From Centroscyllium fabricii (lineage: Eukaryota), in the NCBI GenBank assembly GCA_051313645.2, contig JBNRSN020000008.1, positions 10,230,001-10,294,000 on the forward strand: DNA of 64,000 nt. The letters are read 5' to 3'. Position 1 is the first letter of the stretch. Each line of letters starts with the position of its first letter. Made by a program: the position numbers and the translations under genes. Below the pieces are notes generated by a model that was given only the letters and a program-made list of their open reading frames with translations, did no database searches and was not told the DNA's origin. Positions 49,878 through 62,140 of the stretch are shown here, piece by piece.

Positions 49878-50003
49878 CTGTTTCAGCATCCTATAGATGT
49901 AGGTGGAGTATCGGGCCTTGTGCTTGAAGCTGGTCTTCTTCTTCTCTGCTTTGCTCAGCTTGGCATACTGCTGGTGCTTGACAATAGGAGCGACCGACTT
50001 CAT
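49878..50003 (-). CDS. Histone H2B variant, coding exon 1
   Basis: MKSVAPIVKHQQYAKLSKAEKKKTSFKHKARYSTYIYRMLKQ then gtacag donor; YSTYIYRMLKQ corresponds to H2B YSVYVYKVLKQ; phase 0 joins exon 2. Confidence 0.85.
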
Positions 50004-50939
50004 TATCAAAACTTTGCACGCAACTGCTATACTCCAACAAAAAAAAAATATCTTCCAACCCACTTCACCAGTGATTCTTTCTAATCCCCAGAGGGTCTGC
50101 TTTTAATACTCTCCAATCACCTGGAACCGATCAGCTCAATTAGGACAATTTGTGTTTAAGATCACAAAATACTTGAGACTTTTTAATTGCCACTGTTAAA
50201 GTAAACAAGGTCAAATTGACTTTCATTGAGATTGTCCCCTCTGTCTGATAAGGGGCTGGAGTGCATTGTCACCCCGGCCGGGGTGATATTAGTTTATGTT
50301 TTGATTATGTTAATCAAGTGTTTCTGAGTTTTCTTTGCAGGCCGCTTGTCCAGGAGAGTGGGAGGATCCGCTCGGCGATGCGGAGGGCCCGGCGGATGGA
50401 GTGGATCGACAACCGGAGACTGCCGGATCTGCACCAGCCGTTCGCTGAGAGCGCCGACCCTCGTCTGTGTGTTTTCCCGGAGACCCGCTGTCCGGATGGG
50501 CGGGTGACGAAGGCCAGAAAGCTTGGCAAATTTGGACCCCTGCCTGCGGCCATGAGGACTTGTGGTCGTGACCCCTGCCTTGTGGGCATGAGGGCTTGTG
50601 ACATTTACCCCTGCTTGTGGGCATATGGACTTGTGACTTTGACCCCTGCCTCGAAGGCAGGAGGGCTTGAAACTTTGACCCCTACCTTGTGGACATTGGG
50701 GCTTGGGAGTTTGCCGCGGCTCAAGCGCGGTAATGTGGGGTTTTATTTTGTTTTGTAAATATTGTAAATAATGGTGTTTTTCTATTTGGTTTTAAATAAA
50801 AGAGTTCTGTCTGATAAGATGCGGGTCGCCGATCGATTAGCAGGGAGTTCTCTGAAGATCCTGGTCCATGTCTGTTTTGGTGCATCAACTAAAAAACTGT
50901 AACTTAACCAAAAATACAACAACTGAGATTCAACAAATT

Positions 50940-51300
50940 AAATTAAAATTGTGTTTCCAGTGGTGATGAAGCCCTCCAGTCCCTCCGGTGCCCACCGGTC
51001 ACGTGCTCCATCTCCAGGACCGCCCAGGTGCGAACGTGGCCGTGGAAGAGAGGCCGGCAGTCGGGCCGAACGAGCCCCTCGACCACCTGTTGCCTGGACC
51101 TGTTAATGGCCACTTTGGCCAGGCCCAGGAGCAGTCCCATGAGGAGGTCCTCCGACCCGCCCTCTACCCTCCGCACCGGGTGACCGAAGACCAGGAGCGT
51201 GGGACTGAAGTGCAGCCAGAAATCGAGGAGCAGCCCCAAGAGATCCTGGTCCATGTTGCCATAAAAAAACCGTAAGGAGACACTGGGTAGCTCCGGCTGG
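50940..51300 (-). mobile_element. Tx1-like LINE ORF2 C-terminal fragment
   Basis: LLLDFWLHFSPTLLVFGHP..LLLGLAKVAINRSRQ motif with T-rich 3' end. Confidence 0.55.
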
Positions 51301-53226
51301 AGCGGCCGCCATTCATGGCGGCTGCACCTCGATGCGATGTTTATCGCTCCAAATCGGCGCCATCCGCCCATTAGGAACGCCAGGAGGGAGCCCGGTCAGG
51401 CGGTAAGATACTGGTGGTCGATCGATGGCCGTTGGGAGTGAGCGGGGAGCGGGGATTTCGGAGGACTCGGGGGACCCAGGATGGCGCCGGCCCGAGAGCT
51501 AGGCCCCAGGCCTTAGGGTGCTGCTCCCGGAGTTCGGAGCTCGGTGGACTCGGGGGAGCCGGCATGGCGTCGGGCCGAAAGGTAGGCCCAGGGCTGCGGC
51601 TCCCGGAGTTCAGGTTTCAGGAGAATCCGGGGGGAGCCCGAGAGGCAGGACCCAGGCCTTCGGTCATCGCTCCCGGAGTTCGGGAGGATTCGGGGGAGCC
51701 GGTATGGCGTCAGGCCAAGAGGCAGGCCCGCGGCCCTTCGGACACCGCTTCACATCTGTGACGAGAAACAGCGGAAGAGGCAACGGCGGAGCAAAATAAA
51801 CGGAGCGGCAGAGGATGAAAACATCGAACTGAGGGGCCGGAGCAGGAACGGGACCCACGATGATGGCGCCGGAGAATGGCTGACGTCTTACGGGCTCCGT
51901 ACGTGCCGGGCAGCTTAATGTCCTTGTTGCGCGGTTGTTGCGCGGTGCGTTCGGATCACAATAAGCATTTCACTGTCTAGATTATATTTAGTACATGTGA
52001 CAATAAACTTGAACTTGAAAAAAATAACCCAAGTGTCCCCTTTTTAGAGGGGGCACAACTGGTAAAGAACTTAAACTAAAGCAAGGAAAGACTTGCATTT
52101 TTACAGCACATTTCAACAACCATAGAAGGTCCCAAAGTGCTTTACTTTTGAAGTTTATGAAGAAATATAGCAGCCAACTTGCACACAGCAAGACCCCACA
52201 AATATCAATGTGATAAATGACCAGATTTGTTTTTTTTTAGTGATGTTGGTCAAGGGATAAATATTGGCCAGGACACCAGGACTGCTCCTCTTCGAGGTAG
52301 TGCCATGGAGCCGTCTACATCCACTTGAGAGAGCAAACGGGGCCTCGGTTTGAAAGACGGCACCTCCGACCGTGCAGCACTCCCTCAGCACTGCGCTGGA
52401 GTGTCAGCCTGGGCTTTTGTGCTCAAGTCTCTGGAGTGGGACTTGAACCCACAACCTTCTGACTCATAGAAACAAAGAAGATAGGAGCAGGAGTAGTACC
52501 CTGTCCCTGCTTTCTCCCCATATACTTGATCCCTTTAGCCTTAAGATATATATCCAATTCCTTCTTGAATATATTTAATGAATTGGCCTCTACGGCCCTC
52601 AGTGGTAGAGAATTCCACAGGTTCACCACTCTCTGGGTGAAGAAATTCCTCCTCATCTCAGTCCTAAATGGCTTACCCCTTATCCTTAGACTGTGACCCC
52701 GGGTTCTGGACTCCCCGGCCATCGGGAACATCCTTCCGGCATCTAGTCTGTCTAGTCCTGTTAGAATTTTATAAGTTTCAATGAGATCCCCTCTCATTCT
52801 TCTAAACTCCAGTGAATATAAGCCCAATCGACCCAATCTCTCTTCATACGTCATTTCTGCCATTGCAGGTAGCAATCTGGTGAATCTTCGCTGCACTCCG
52901 TCCATGGCAAGAACATTGTAAGTTTAGCAAAAATTAGCACGACCCCCCAAACGGAATGATAACCCTGTTAAAAACAACTTTGGAACCTCGCCAAAGACTT
53001 CAGGAGGATAAAATGCATGGTGGCCCTAGCAGGAAGATTCAAGGTTAAAAACAGACTTGGCATTTTCAAAAGGGCATGTTCGTGCTTATAAAGATAAGGC
53101 TGTTGCAGGAACTTCAAAAGTAAAGCACTTTTGGACCCGTAAGGATAGCTGTGACTGGCGTAAAGACAGCACAGGCTTGACTTATGTCTGACGTCACGCC
53201 TGAGTGGCGGGAGCCGACGCCATCTT

Positions 53227-54492
53227 CAGATTCAGATTCAGATTCAATTTTATTGTCATTGCATAGTGAAACACAATACAACGAAATGCATACTTGCAAA
53301 CTACTCAAGAAACGATGCAGATGTTAAAATGTCCATTGCTTCAAGTCCCAGACTGTTCAACTCCATGTTGGCCCTGGTGCTCCGACCACGCAGGCTCTGG
53401 CGCTCCGAACTCGCCGACCCCCGACGCTACGACCACCTCGGTGACCACGCAGGCACCGGCACTCCGACTCTGCAGGCCCCAGTGCTCTGAACTCGCCGAC
53501 CTCCGGCGCTCCGAACTCGCTGACCTCCGACGCTACGACCACCTCGGGATCCACGCAGGCACCGGCACTCCGACTCTGCAGGCCCTGGTGCTCCGAACTT
53601 GCCGACCTCCGGCGCTCCGACCTCGGAGACCACACAAACACTGGCGCTCCTCAGAGACCACGCCTCGGTGCATCCCCAATGCAGACATCCCGTTGTTCCA
53701 ACAGGCCTTTATTAACCGGGGCATAGTGTACAAAAGTAGGGAGGTAATGTTAAACTTGTATAACACGCTGGTGAGACCTCAGCTGGAGTACTGTGTGCAG
53801 TTCTGGTCACCGCACTTCAGGAAGGATGTGGTTGCCCTGGAGAGGGTGCAGAGAAGGTTTACCAGGATGATACCTGGTCTGGGGGACTTATGCTACGAGG
53901 AAAGGCTGGACAGGCTGGGGTTGTTTGCCTTGGAGAAGAGAAGATTGAGGAGTGACATGATCGAGGTATACAGGATCATGAGAGGACACGATAAGGTGGA
54001 TAAAGGGGCATTGTTTCCCTTGGTGGGAGAGTCAAGTACCAGGGGACATAGATTCAAGATTAGGGGGGGGAGGTTTAGGGGGGAGGTAAGGAGAAATTTC
54101 TTTACTCAGAGGGTGGTGGAAGTGTGGAACTCCCTGCCTGTAAGGGTGGTGGAGGCAGAAACCATCGCAACATTTAAAAAATATTTGGACCAGCACATGA
54201 AGGACCGTAACATACAGGGTTATGGGCCGGATGCGGGCAAATGGGGTTAGTATAGTGAGGAGTTTCCTGGGCCGGTGCGGACTGGATGGGCCGAATGGCC
54301 TTTATCCGCACTGTAAAGTTTCTATGATTCTATGATTCTATGATTCTAAGTCCATTGCACTGGCCTCAGTGCACTAACACGCCGACCCCGCCGAGCGAAC
54401 AAATCCGGAACTACCAGCGGACAGCATCATCCCGGGAGACGCAAAGCCGCTGCGTGTACATGCGCCGCCATCTTGGTCCCGCTCCCGCGTCC
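53227..54492 (-). mobile_element. Non-autonomous LINE-derived element (Rex/Babar-like tail) in the Gypsy 5' LTR, itself carrying a CR1 3' fragment (about 53705-54347, +)
   Basis: Minus-strand tail gacaataaaa(ttgaatctgaatctga); ccatctt on both sides; CR1 piece closely similar to the 42.2-42.8 kb copy. Confidence 0.6.
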
Positions 54493-55872
54493 CATCTTAA
54501 GCCATGCCTCAGTTGAGGCTTGGAGTGGCAGTGTATAAAACCTGAATAAAGAAGCTCCATTGAAACTTAGTGTTGGCCTCCTGCCTCCCGGGGCGGTCCT
54601 ACTCCAAGAAGACGATGGAGAACGGAGGCCGGTGGCATATGTGTCACGTTCTATGATGGCCACAAAGTGCAGGTATGCACAGATTGAAAAAGAATGTCTG
54701 GGTTTGGCATTTGGGTGTGAAAATTCCACACATATGTCTAAGGACTACCAAAATTTATACTGGAAACAGATCATAAGCCACTGTTAGGAATCATAAAGAA
54801 AAATTTATGCGACATGTCGCCAAGGATACAACGCTTGATGATGAGACTTCAGCGTTATGATTTTAATCTGACATATGTGCCAGGGACACAAATGTACATT
54901 GTGGACGCACTGTCGAGAGCTGCACCATGTGCTATGCAAAACAGTGACACAGAGGGGAGGACGTGAATCTTCACGCAGACATGGTCTACGCAGCACTGCT
55001 TGCTTCATCTCAACAGTTGGCAGAGATAACAAGTGAAACAGCAAAGGATCCAGTGCGAAGAAAAGTAATGAAAAACCTGCAGGAGGGCTGGAAAAGAGGG
55101 TCCTGCAAGCAATACTATCAGATACAAGAGGAACTATCCGTAGTAAACGGAATCCTACTCAAGGGGGACAGAATAGTGGTGCCCACCTCCATGAGACCAG
55201 AGATGCTGGGGAGGCTACACGATGGGCACCTGGGGGCAGAAAAATCCAAAAGCCGTTACGAGAGGCACTGTACTGGCCGAATATGAATGCGGACATTGAT
55301 CAGTTAATAGTGAGTGTGCCACGTGCCAGGAATATCAATACAAACAGACTAAGGAGCCCCTCATCACCACAGAAATTCCAAACCACCCTTGGGAAAAGGT
55401 GGGAACAGATATGTTCCATTTTGGGGGAAAGGACTATCATTGATTACTATTCAAATTACCCAGAGATAGCCCTGTTAACTAGCACCACGTCAAGAGGCGT
55501 GGTCACACATTTGAAATCAATTTTTTCCAGACAGGGCATCCCTTTGACTCTGGTATCAGATAATGGACCTCATTAGCCCAGTCAGGAGTTCCGGGCATTT
55601 GCCTCCGAATATGAATTCAAACATATAACATCTAGCCCACACTATCCCCAGGCGAATGGAAAGGCGGAAAAGGGGTGCAAATAGTGAAAAGACTACTGAA
55701 AAAAGCAGAAAGCAGTAATGCTGATCCGTATCTGGCAATAATATCATACAGGGTAGCACCATTGGCAAGTGGCAAGTCGCCAGCTGAGCTTTTAATGGGC
55801 AGGAAAATAAGAACAAGAATACCTTGCTATGCTGCACCAGACCAAAGAAATGATGGGTGGGCTGACAAGGCC

Positions 55873-56887
55873 TGTAACGGTTGGGTGTTAGTGGAATGAA
55901 GGCGGGGCCCAAATGCAGAGACACTGAAACGTCTATAAAACTAAACTCCTTTATTACTAAAACATCATATTATACCATAAACCTACAATTATCTAAGACA
56001 CAAATACAATTATATAAGACACATATTTAACACAAGTCTTATCAACAGACTGGCACAGACTTCCCAACATAGCGAGTAATGAATAGAGGGGTGCCACGCA
56101 ATCCAGCGCGCCATTCTCCCAAAGAATACTAGTCCAGGCATAACTGTCCAACTTAAAGAGAACCGAGCAAGTCCTCCTCAGCGAGCATGACATCTCAATC
56201 CACCCTCTACGTAGAGGATTTGGGAACAGCTTATGCTTCCAGATCACCAATGTCCAAACCAGGGTTCGGATGAAGAAATGAATGTCCAAGTAGTAGAAAT
56301 GGGTCCGACCTACTTCTTCTGCTCCGTCACAGAGACTTAACCCCATGGCATCAGGCAGTAGCGCACCAGGTCTACTGGCAGGGGGACTCCCTTACCCAAC
56401 AGATGAGTTGTCCATTGCTGAGTTCCCAATAGCAGGGCGCACTGTCAAGGTGGAGGGAAATGAGTTCCACCCCAATGCCCCTGTTGGGCAACCCAGCCTG
56501 AGCACCTGAAATAGCAGAGTGCAAGTACAAGCTGAGTCAGTCGATCTCCAACCTCCTTGCCTCTGACGGCCACTCAGCACAACAGCAGAAAACCACCTCC
56601 TTCCAGTGGCCTGTAGAATGAAAATAGATATCCAGTCCCATGACGCATTACCATCCAATGATCCCGCCTCTGCTCTCAAGCCAACCTCCTGATTATATCC
56701 TAAACCCAGCAAGTACACCATTAAGATATAGCCAATAATCTCGAGGCAATGAGAGCAGAGCACAACTAGCAAATACACAGATAAATTGACAGTTAATTAC
56801 ATAACAAGGGAACCTATTCCTTAAAACAGCTGTGGAACCACAGTAAAAACTGTTTCTAATATTTAAAGGAACAGGCCCCCTGTGACA
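55873..56887 (-). mobile_element. Solo LTR (1015 bp) inserted in the Gypsy integrase
   Basis: TG..CA ends; 5-bp TSD AGGCC (55868-55872 and 56888-56892); AATAAA on minus near 55950. Confidence 0.8.
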
Positions 56888-59623
56888 AGGCCAGAAGGTT
56901 GCAAGTAAATCAAAGGGCGTACCATGACAGGACTGCTACAAGGCTAGCACCATTACAGGAAAGGGATATGGTTCGGATTCAAGGACCAGAGTCATGGTCA
57001 AAGAAGGCCACAGTCTTGCAGCAGGTTGCTCCCAGATCCTACAATGTCATAACTGAGACAGGAGAGGTGTACCCAAGGAACAGGAGGCACCTTCTGAAAA
57101 CAAATGAGACACTTTGCCCTCATAAAGGGGGAGAAGAAGAGGAAGAGATGAGGGAAACCTCACAGACAGATCATGAAACAAGGGACCTGAGTGATCCAGA
57201 GATGGAGACAAGAGACAGAATGGGAAGTGCCCCACAGACGGTACCGGTCCCACTGAGAAGGCCACAAAGGACCAGAAGGCCAGTGATTAGAATGGACCTG
57301 TGATTAGAATGGACTTGTAAGAAAAAACAGGAACTGTAAATAGTTATAGGGGTACCGGGAAAGGGCTCCTATGGGAAGTCACAGTGACTATGTATATTAT
57401 TGTAAATATGTTATGTTCAGTGAGTTATTACAATTAAGTGTTATGTACAATGTACTCCCTGAAGGGGGGAGATGTAAGGATAGCTGTGACTGGCGTATAG
57501 ACAGCACAGGCTTGACTTACGTCTGACGTCATGCCCGAGTAGCGGGAGCTGACGCCATCTTAAGCCATGCCTCAGTTGAGGCTTGGAGTGGCAGTGTATA
57601 AGACCTGAATAAAGAAGCTCTGTTGATACTTAGTGTTGGCCTCCCGTCTGATCCTTAAATAACATTACAGGACCTTCTATGGTTGTTGAAGGGCACTGTA
57701 AAATAAGCTTTCCAAATACAGTTTGGGTATTTGAGATAATCAGACTGTCTGGGAGAACTATCAACCCCCATCAAACAATTTTACATACTGACAATAGACC
57801 CACAGAAGAGCGGTTCCCGCCTAAATTACAGAGCCCATCCAAAACATGCATAAAACAAATTGTTTAGCCAACCTACAAAAGAATATTAGGCCCCACAGGA
57901 AACTCAATGACTGAGAACAATTAACAACAATCAAGCAACAGTTTAACAGTTCAGGGAGCCAGCCCGAAACCACTTTAAACATTTTGAACAAATCAATATT
58001 AGTGAGCCCGCCAAAATCTAACAATGTACCAGGACTGATTTGGCAAGTAAATTAGCAGGCCTCATTCAGTATAACTAAGGCCTGTGTTAACAGGAAAGGA
58101 GTTCAACAAGAAAGGGGTTCAACCAAGCAGTGTAACAAGTTCAGTTCAACAAAGGAGTTCAGTTCGGTTCTGTTGGGTGTGCAACAAGAGAGCAGCTCAG
58201 GAGTTCAGCAGATGCAGTTCCAAGTTCAAGACCGTACCGCTCCAACATCAAAACACAGCGGTTTCAGAAGAACATTAACATCAAGGAGCAAGCATCGCAA
58301 AGCAGCTCTCTCTCTCTCAAAGAAGTAAAACACCGTCGGACACCTTGCAGCACCAAGGGCCCCACAAAACAAACAACCGAATATTACTATCAGCCAACCG
58401 GGTAATATTGGGCTACTGCGACCAACGAAAACCCAACTTGAAAGAAACCGAAGACCCGCAGGTTTTTCCACTCTACGAACTATTCCTGACTTACCCCTGG
58501 CTAAGAATTTACACAAAAAGACTCTAAGCCCTATTCCTAACCAAAGGAAATTGGGTACACACCTGATAGATCCAATACGCATCCTACCGCATCAGCGGAC
58601 ACGCAAAGACTGACCAGACACACAGGTGAAGTCCTGAGCCGCGTCTGGGGTACGGCAGCCCCCAACCGACACATCTAGTGAACCCAGAATTTGCGAACCA
58701 GATAAACTGTCAAAGAGTCGTTTTGGTGAGCATTATCCCTGGTCCTTTAGAGCCTAACTTAGCTAGTAAGGTGGGATTGGGAAGGGTGAGGTATTTGTCT
58801 ACTGTAATTTTCCCTCGTGTATGTCGAAGTGTTCCCCATTTTATTAGTGTTAAGACTATTGTGTTGCATTTTCTTTCTCAAATAAAATTCAAAGTTCTTG
58901 CACCAAAACCAGTTGTCTGATGCACATTTTATCACAACCCACAAATAAGTCCAAGGTCTAGAACCAAGGGAGTGGGAGCGATTCAAACCGCTCATAAGTC
59001 AGAGGTGAAGCTGACCCCAAACACCACCCCCTACAACATCCTTCCTCAGATAAGGCGACCAAAACTGCACACAATACTCAAAGGTGTTGTCTCACCAAGG
59101 CCCTGTACAACTGCAACAAGGCATCCTTGCTCCTGTACTCAGAGGCGAGAGCACTGCCCAGTGAGCCATGGCTGATACGGACACAAAGGAAACTTATGAA
59201 CTTAAATGACAATATTATTTGCACTATCTACCACGCCCTCCAGTCCCTGCGATGTCCACCGGCCGTGGAGGGCCCCGAGTGGACCGGCAGATACCGCGTG
59301 CTCCTTCTCCAGGATCAGACGGGCGCGGACAAGACCTTGGAAGAGAGGCCAGGAAGCTGGAGCCACCCACCCCGCCCCCTAGGGCCAAGTCTGTGTCCTG
59401 ACCAATATTCATCCTTCAACATCAATAAAATAACAGCGTATAGGGTGTTGGCATCAGATGGCGTCGACACAGGAGCTGGACGCGGGGCTGTAACGGAAAC
59501 AGGTGAGCCACGAGCACAGGATGTCTGCCCCGGGATTTCCCCTGAACTGCACGGTACTTTATATTTGTACTTGATGGAAAAATAATAATTAATAAAACTT
59601 AACCGTCCCTCATATCAGTGTCG

Positions 59624-59896
59624 CCTGTGGCTCAGTGGGCAGCACTCTCGTCTACTGAGTCAGAAGGTCATGGGTTCAAGTCCCACTCCAGGGACTTGAG
59701 CACAAATATCCAGGCTGACACTCCCAGTGCAGTACCGAGGGAGTGCTGCACTGTCGGAGGTGCTGTCTTTCAGGTGAGACGTTAAACAGAGGCCCCGTCT
59801 GCTCTCGCAAATGGATGTAAAAGATCCCGTGACCACTATTTCAAAGAAGAACAGTGGGAGTGTCCTGGTCAATATTTATCCCTCAACCAACATCAG
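59624..59896 (+). mobile_element. Deu-domain SINE truncated by a Gypsy LTR fragment (59897-60065)
   Basis: Family head and core, then a tgtggtaaacc LTR start that is cut by the ERV LTR. Confidence 0.65.
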
Positions 59897-60065
59897 TGTG
59901 GTAAACCTGTATTTCACCACTATTGTACCACTGTAATGGTACCATAATGCACCACTGTACATATGTAGATATCGGTATACAGGAGCCTGCCTCAGCTGAC
60001 CCACCTCTGACTCCTCCCCTGAGTCCAGGTATATAGGTAATTGCCGACCATCCCCCGGTCAGAAC

Positions 60066-60711
60066 TGTCGAAGTCTCGACCGTTCAAAAAGTAAAGACTC
60101 TGTGAAACATTTATCGTCAAAGGTAAAATTTTATTAACTGTTAGTTTGCTAGCAAAGGGAGCTACGAAGACATCGGCTTCGTAATACTGCTCCAACTTCA
60201 TGGTCGAACGTCGGTATTTTTATATACAAAAATCAAAACAAAATGAAGAATTTCTGCCATGTGATACAGTACAGAGACACAACTTATTATTTAAAGTAAA
60301 TGCAGACATAGAAATGCGTAAGAGATGTTCTTAAAGTTAAGGTTATACACTGATGACTAAACAAGATCTAGCAGGGCCTTATTATTCTAAGCTAACCTTT
60401 GGTTCTATAGATGACCAAATAGAAGAGAATAACTGTAATTCTTAGTTATATTATCCTTACTCTAATCTTCTTGAGGGTATTGTTTTGCCTAAAAGCAACT
60501 CGAATTATCTTCTTTCTCTTGCCACTTTCAAATGTTTTGGGCATGTCTACATCTTTTAATATAGTTCTATTTTCTAAGCAAGGTCAGTTTGACTGCTGAT
60601 ATGACGAACTCCATTTTAGTTTAGTTAGAGAATTGACATGTATTTTAAAAACTTAAAAACTACTATAATAATATATCTAAAAAACTTCTTATATGAAACT
60701 ACACTTCTACA
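60066..60711 (-). repeat. 3' LTR of the endogenous retrovirus
   Basis: PPT aaaatgggggag then TG at 60711; TATATAAA at about 60220; AATAAA at about 60132; ends CA at about 60066. Confidence 0.75.
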
Positions 60712-60748
60712 CTCCCCCATTTTTGTCCTTCCTAGGACAACCTAATCC

Positions 60749-62140
60749 TCAAAATTTGATCTTGCTGAGTCGGTCCACTTCCTTAAAAAAAGGCTTGTCC
60801 TGATCTTCGTTCAGGCTTACTTCTTCCTGTATCATCATACTTCCTCCAGGGATAACTGCTGCACCTAGTCTGTTGCAACAGCATTTAATTACTGCGACTA
60901 ACAAACTAATAGACACAATTATAGCTACTACGATCACTAGTCCATGTAATAATGCTTGTCCCATAGATCCTAACCATCCTCCCATTATCCATTCAAACCA
61001 GTCTTGGCTTACTGGGTTTTTATATATGCTTACTGCCTTTCTTATGTGATCCACGATGTTAGTTATATTTTCTGAACTATCAGGGATATACGTGCAACAT
61101 TCGCTCCCTATCAATGCACAGGTTCCTCCTTCATTTGCCAGCAGATAATCTATTGCCATTCTATTCTGTAGTGTCATTACTCTTATTGCTACTATCTCAG
61201 CGCTCATTTCTGAAAATCCTTCCTCAGTCTCATTTGCTACTATCTCTATCAGGTCTGCTAGCTTGCTTACTTCCACCATCAACTTTCCTATTCCATATGA
61301 GGGTAAAAATATTCCAAAGACTCCTTCATACGTTGCTATTGCTCTTTTAGTCCTGCTAAATTCATGATGTTCTCCTATATCGTCTAGGATGTGAATATAA
61401 GGCACTACATAACCTAAATAGCAGGATCCTATCCAATTATGTGGCAACCATGAATAGGCTCTGTTTCCACAATTAAAATAGGTACAGTTGTAGGTTGTTA
61501 AATTCTCTGCTCCTCCTATAATCCATAGGCGGAAAGCATCGCCAGCCCATAGGGATTTACTGGTCTTATTATATACGTTGGTCCAATTTAATCCAAACAT
61601 TCCCTTATTGATCAGGCCAGAAACGGGTGGTTGCCACGTGACTGTTTGATTACAATAACTTTCCCCCACACTTCTTTCTATTTTCTTGCCTATTATAACC
61701 TCCTTTTTAAAACATAATGAACCCTTTGGTCTGCCAATTCCTGAGGTGTTAGTTAGGGAAAGTGATGGGGGCATTCTGCTATGATTATAATTAGGCTGGT
61801 ACCATCCCTGGAAGGTGGTTAGGTTATAACCTGCTGATTTCCACTCAATTAAGTCCAGGGTCTTGTCTAGGTCGCCTGAGTTATTTCGCCTAATGATCCA
61901 TTCTGCTGTTTCAGAAATATTAAAGGGAATTGATCTTAAAGGGATTCCTCCTGTAGTATAAATAGGTATATGGGCGCAGACCCAACAACTAGATTTACTA
62001 TTGGCCTTAGCATGCTCGTAAGACATGTACAGGAAGGTGTTAACATGCAGTTCTCGTTTCTTTCGGAGATGGTTACTATCTCTCTGACCGTATATGTGCA
62101 TCATTTCACGAAGTACACAAAGAAGAAACAGTAGCCTCAT
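60749..62140 (-). CDS. env: Endogenous retrovirus Env (gamma-type), intact 463 aa
   Basis: Signal-like N-terminus, CWVC (CxxC), RTKR furin site, ISD LQNRMAIDYLLANEGG, CX6CC, hydrophobic TM anchor. Confidence 0.95.
   Translation of the reverse strand: MRLLFLLCVLREMMHIYGQRDSNHLRKKRELHVNTFLYMSYEHAKANSKSSCWVCAHIPIYTTGGIPLRSIPFNISETAEWIIRRNNSGDLDKTLDLIEWKSAGYNLTTFQGWYQPNYNHSRMPPSLSLTNTSGIGRPKGSLCFKKEVIIGKKIERSVGESYCNQTVTWQPPVSGLINKGMFGLNWTNVYNKTSKSLWAGDAFRLWIIGGAENLTTYNCTYFNCGNRAYSWLPHNWIGSCYLGYVVPYIHILDDIGEHHEFSRTKRAIATYEGVFGIFLPSYGIGKLMVEVSKLADLIEIVANETEEGFSEMSAEIVAIRVMTLQNRMAIDYLLANEGGTCALIGSECCTYIPDSSENITNIVDHIRKAVSIYKNPVSQDWFEWIMGGWLGSMGQALLHGLVIVVAIIVSISLLVAVIKCCCNRLGAAVIPGGSMMIQEEVSLNEDQDKPFFKEVDRLSKIKF

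Larger units (their letters stand above)
53138..57669 (+). mobile_element. Internally deleted, degenerate Gypsy LTR retrotransposon
   Basis: LTRs 53138-54580 (interrupted) and 57473-57669; TSD GGACC; RNase H (PVAYVSRS, YAQIEKECL) and integrase (SDNGP) remnants; PPT gaaggggggaga. Confidence 0.85.
52917..59035 (+). mobile_element. Large solo LTR (about 1.58 kb net), ERV-like, split by a Gypsy element
   Basis: TGTA..TACA ends; 4-bp TSD ACAT (52913-52916 and 59036-59039); AATAAA near 58880. Confidence 0.7.
52466..59140 (-). mobile_element. CR1 3' fragment split by an LTR insertion
   Basis: CR1 coding sequence at 52466-52916 continues at 59036-59140. Confidence 0.8.
52085..59170 (-). mobile_element. 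Deu-domain SINE split by nested insertions (outermost layer)
   Basis: Body at 52085-52465; head agaggcgagagcactgcccagtgagcca resumes at about 59141-59168. Confidence 0.7.

Noticed and set aside
49809-50063. 84-aa ORF as a standalone gene, or a longer N-terminus from the GTG start
   Set aside because: H2B similarity ends exactly at the splice donor, and the ATG at 50003 is the plausible start. An upstream exon cannot be excluded.
50095-50125. TATA-like and CCAAT promoter of the H2B variant
   Set aside because: The motifs (TATTAAAA on minus, CCAAT) are short and oddly spaced, so they cannot be supported without TSS data.
53294-54250. 318-aa novel fusion protein
   Set aside because: Chance in-frame join of an antisense repeat with a truncated CR1 ORF2 end.
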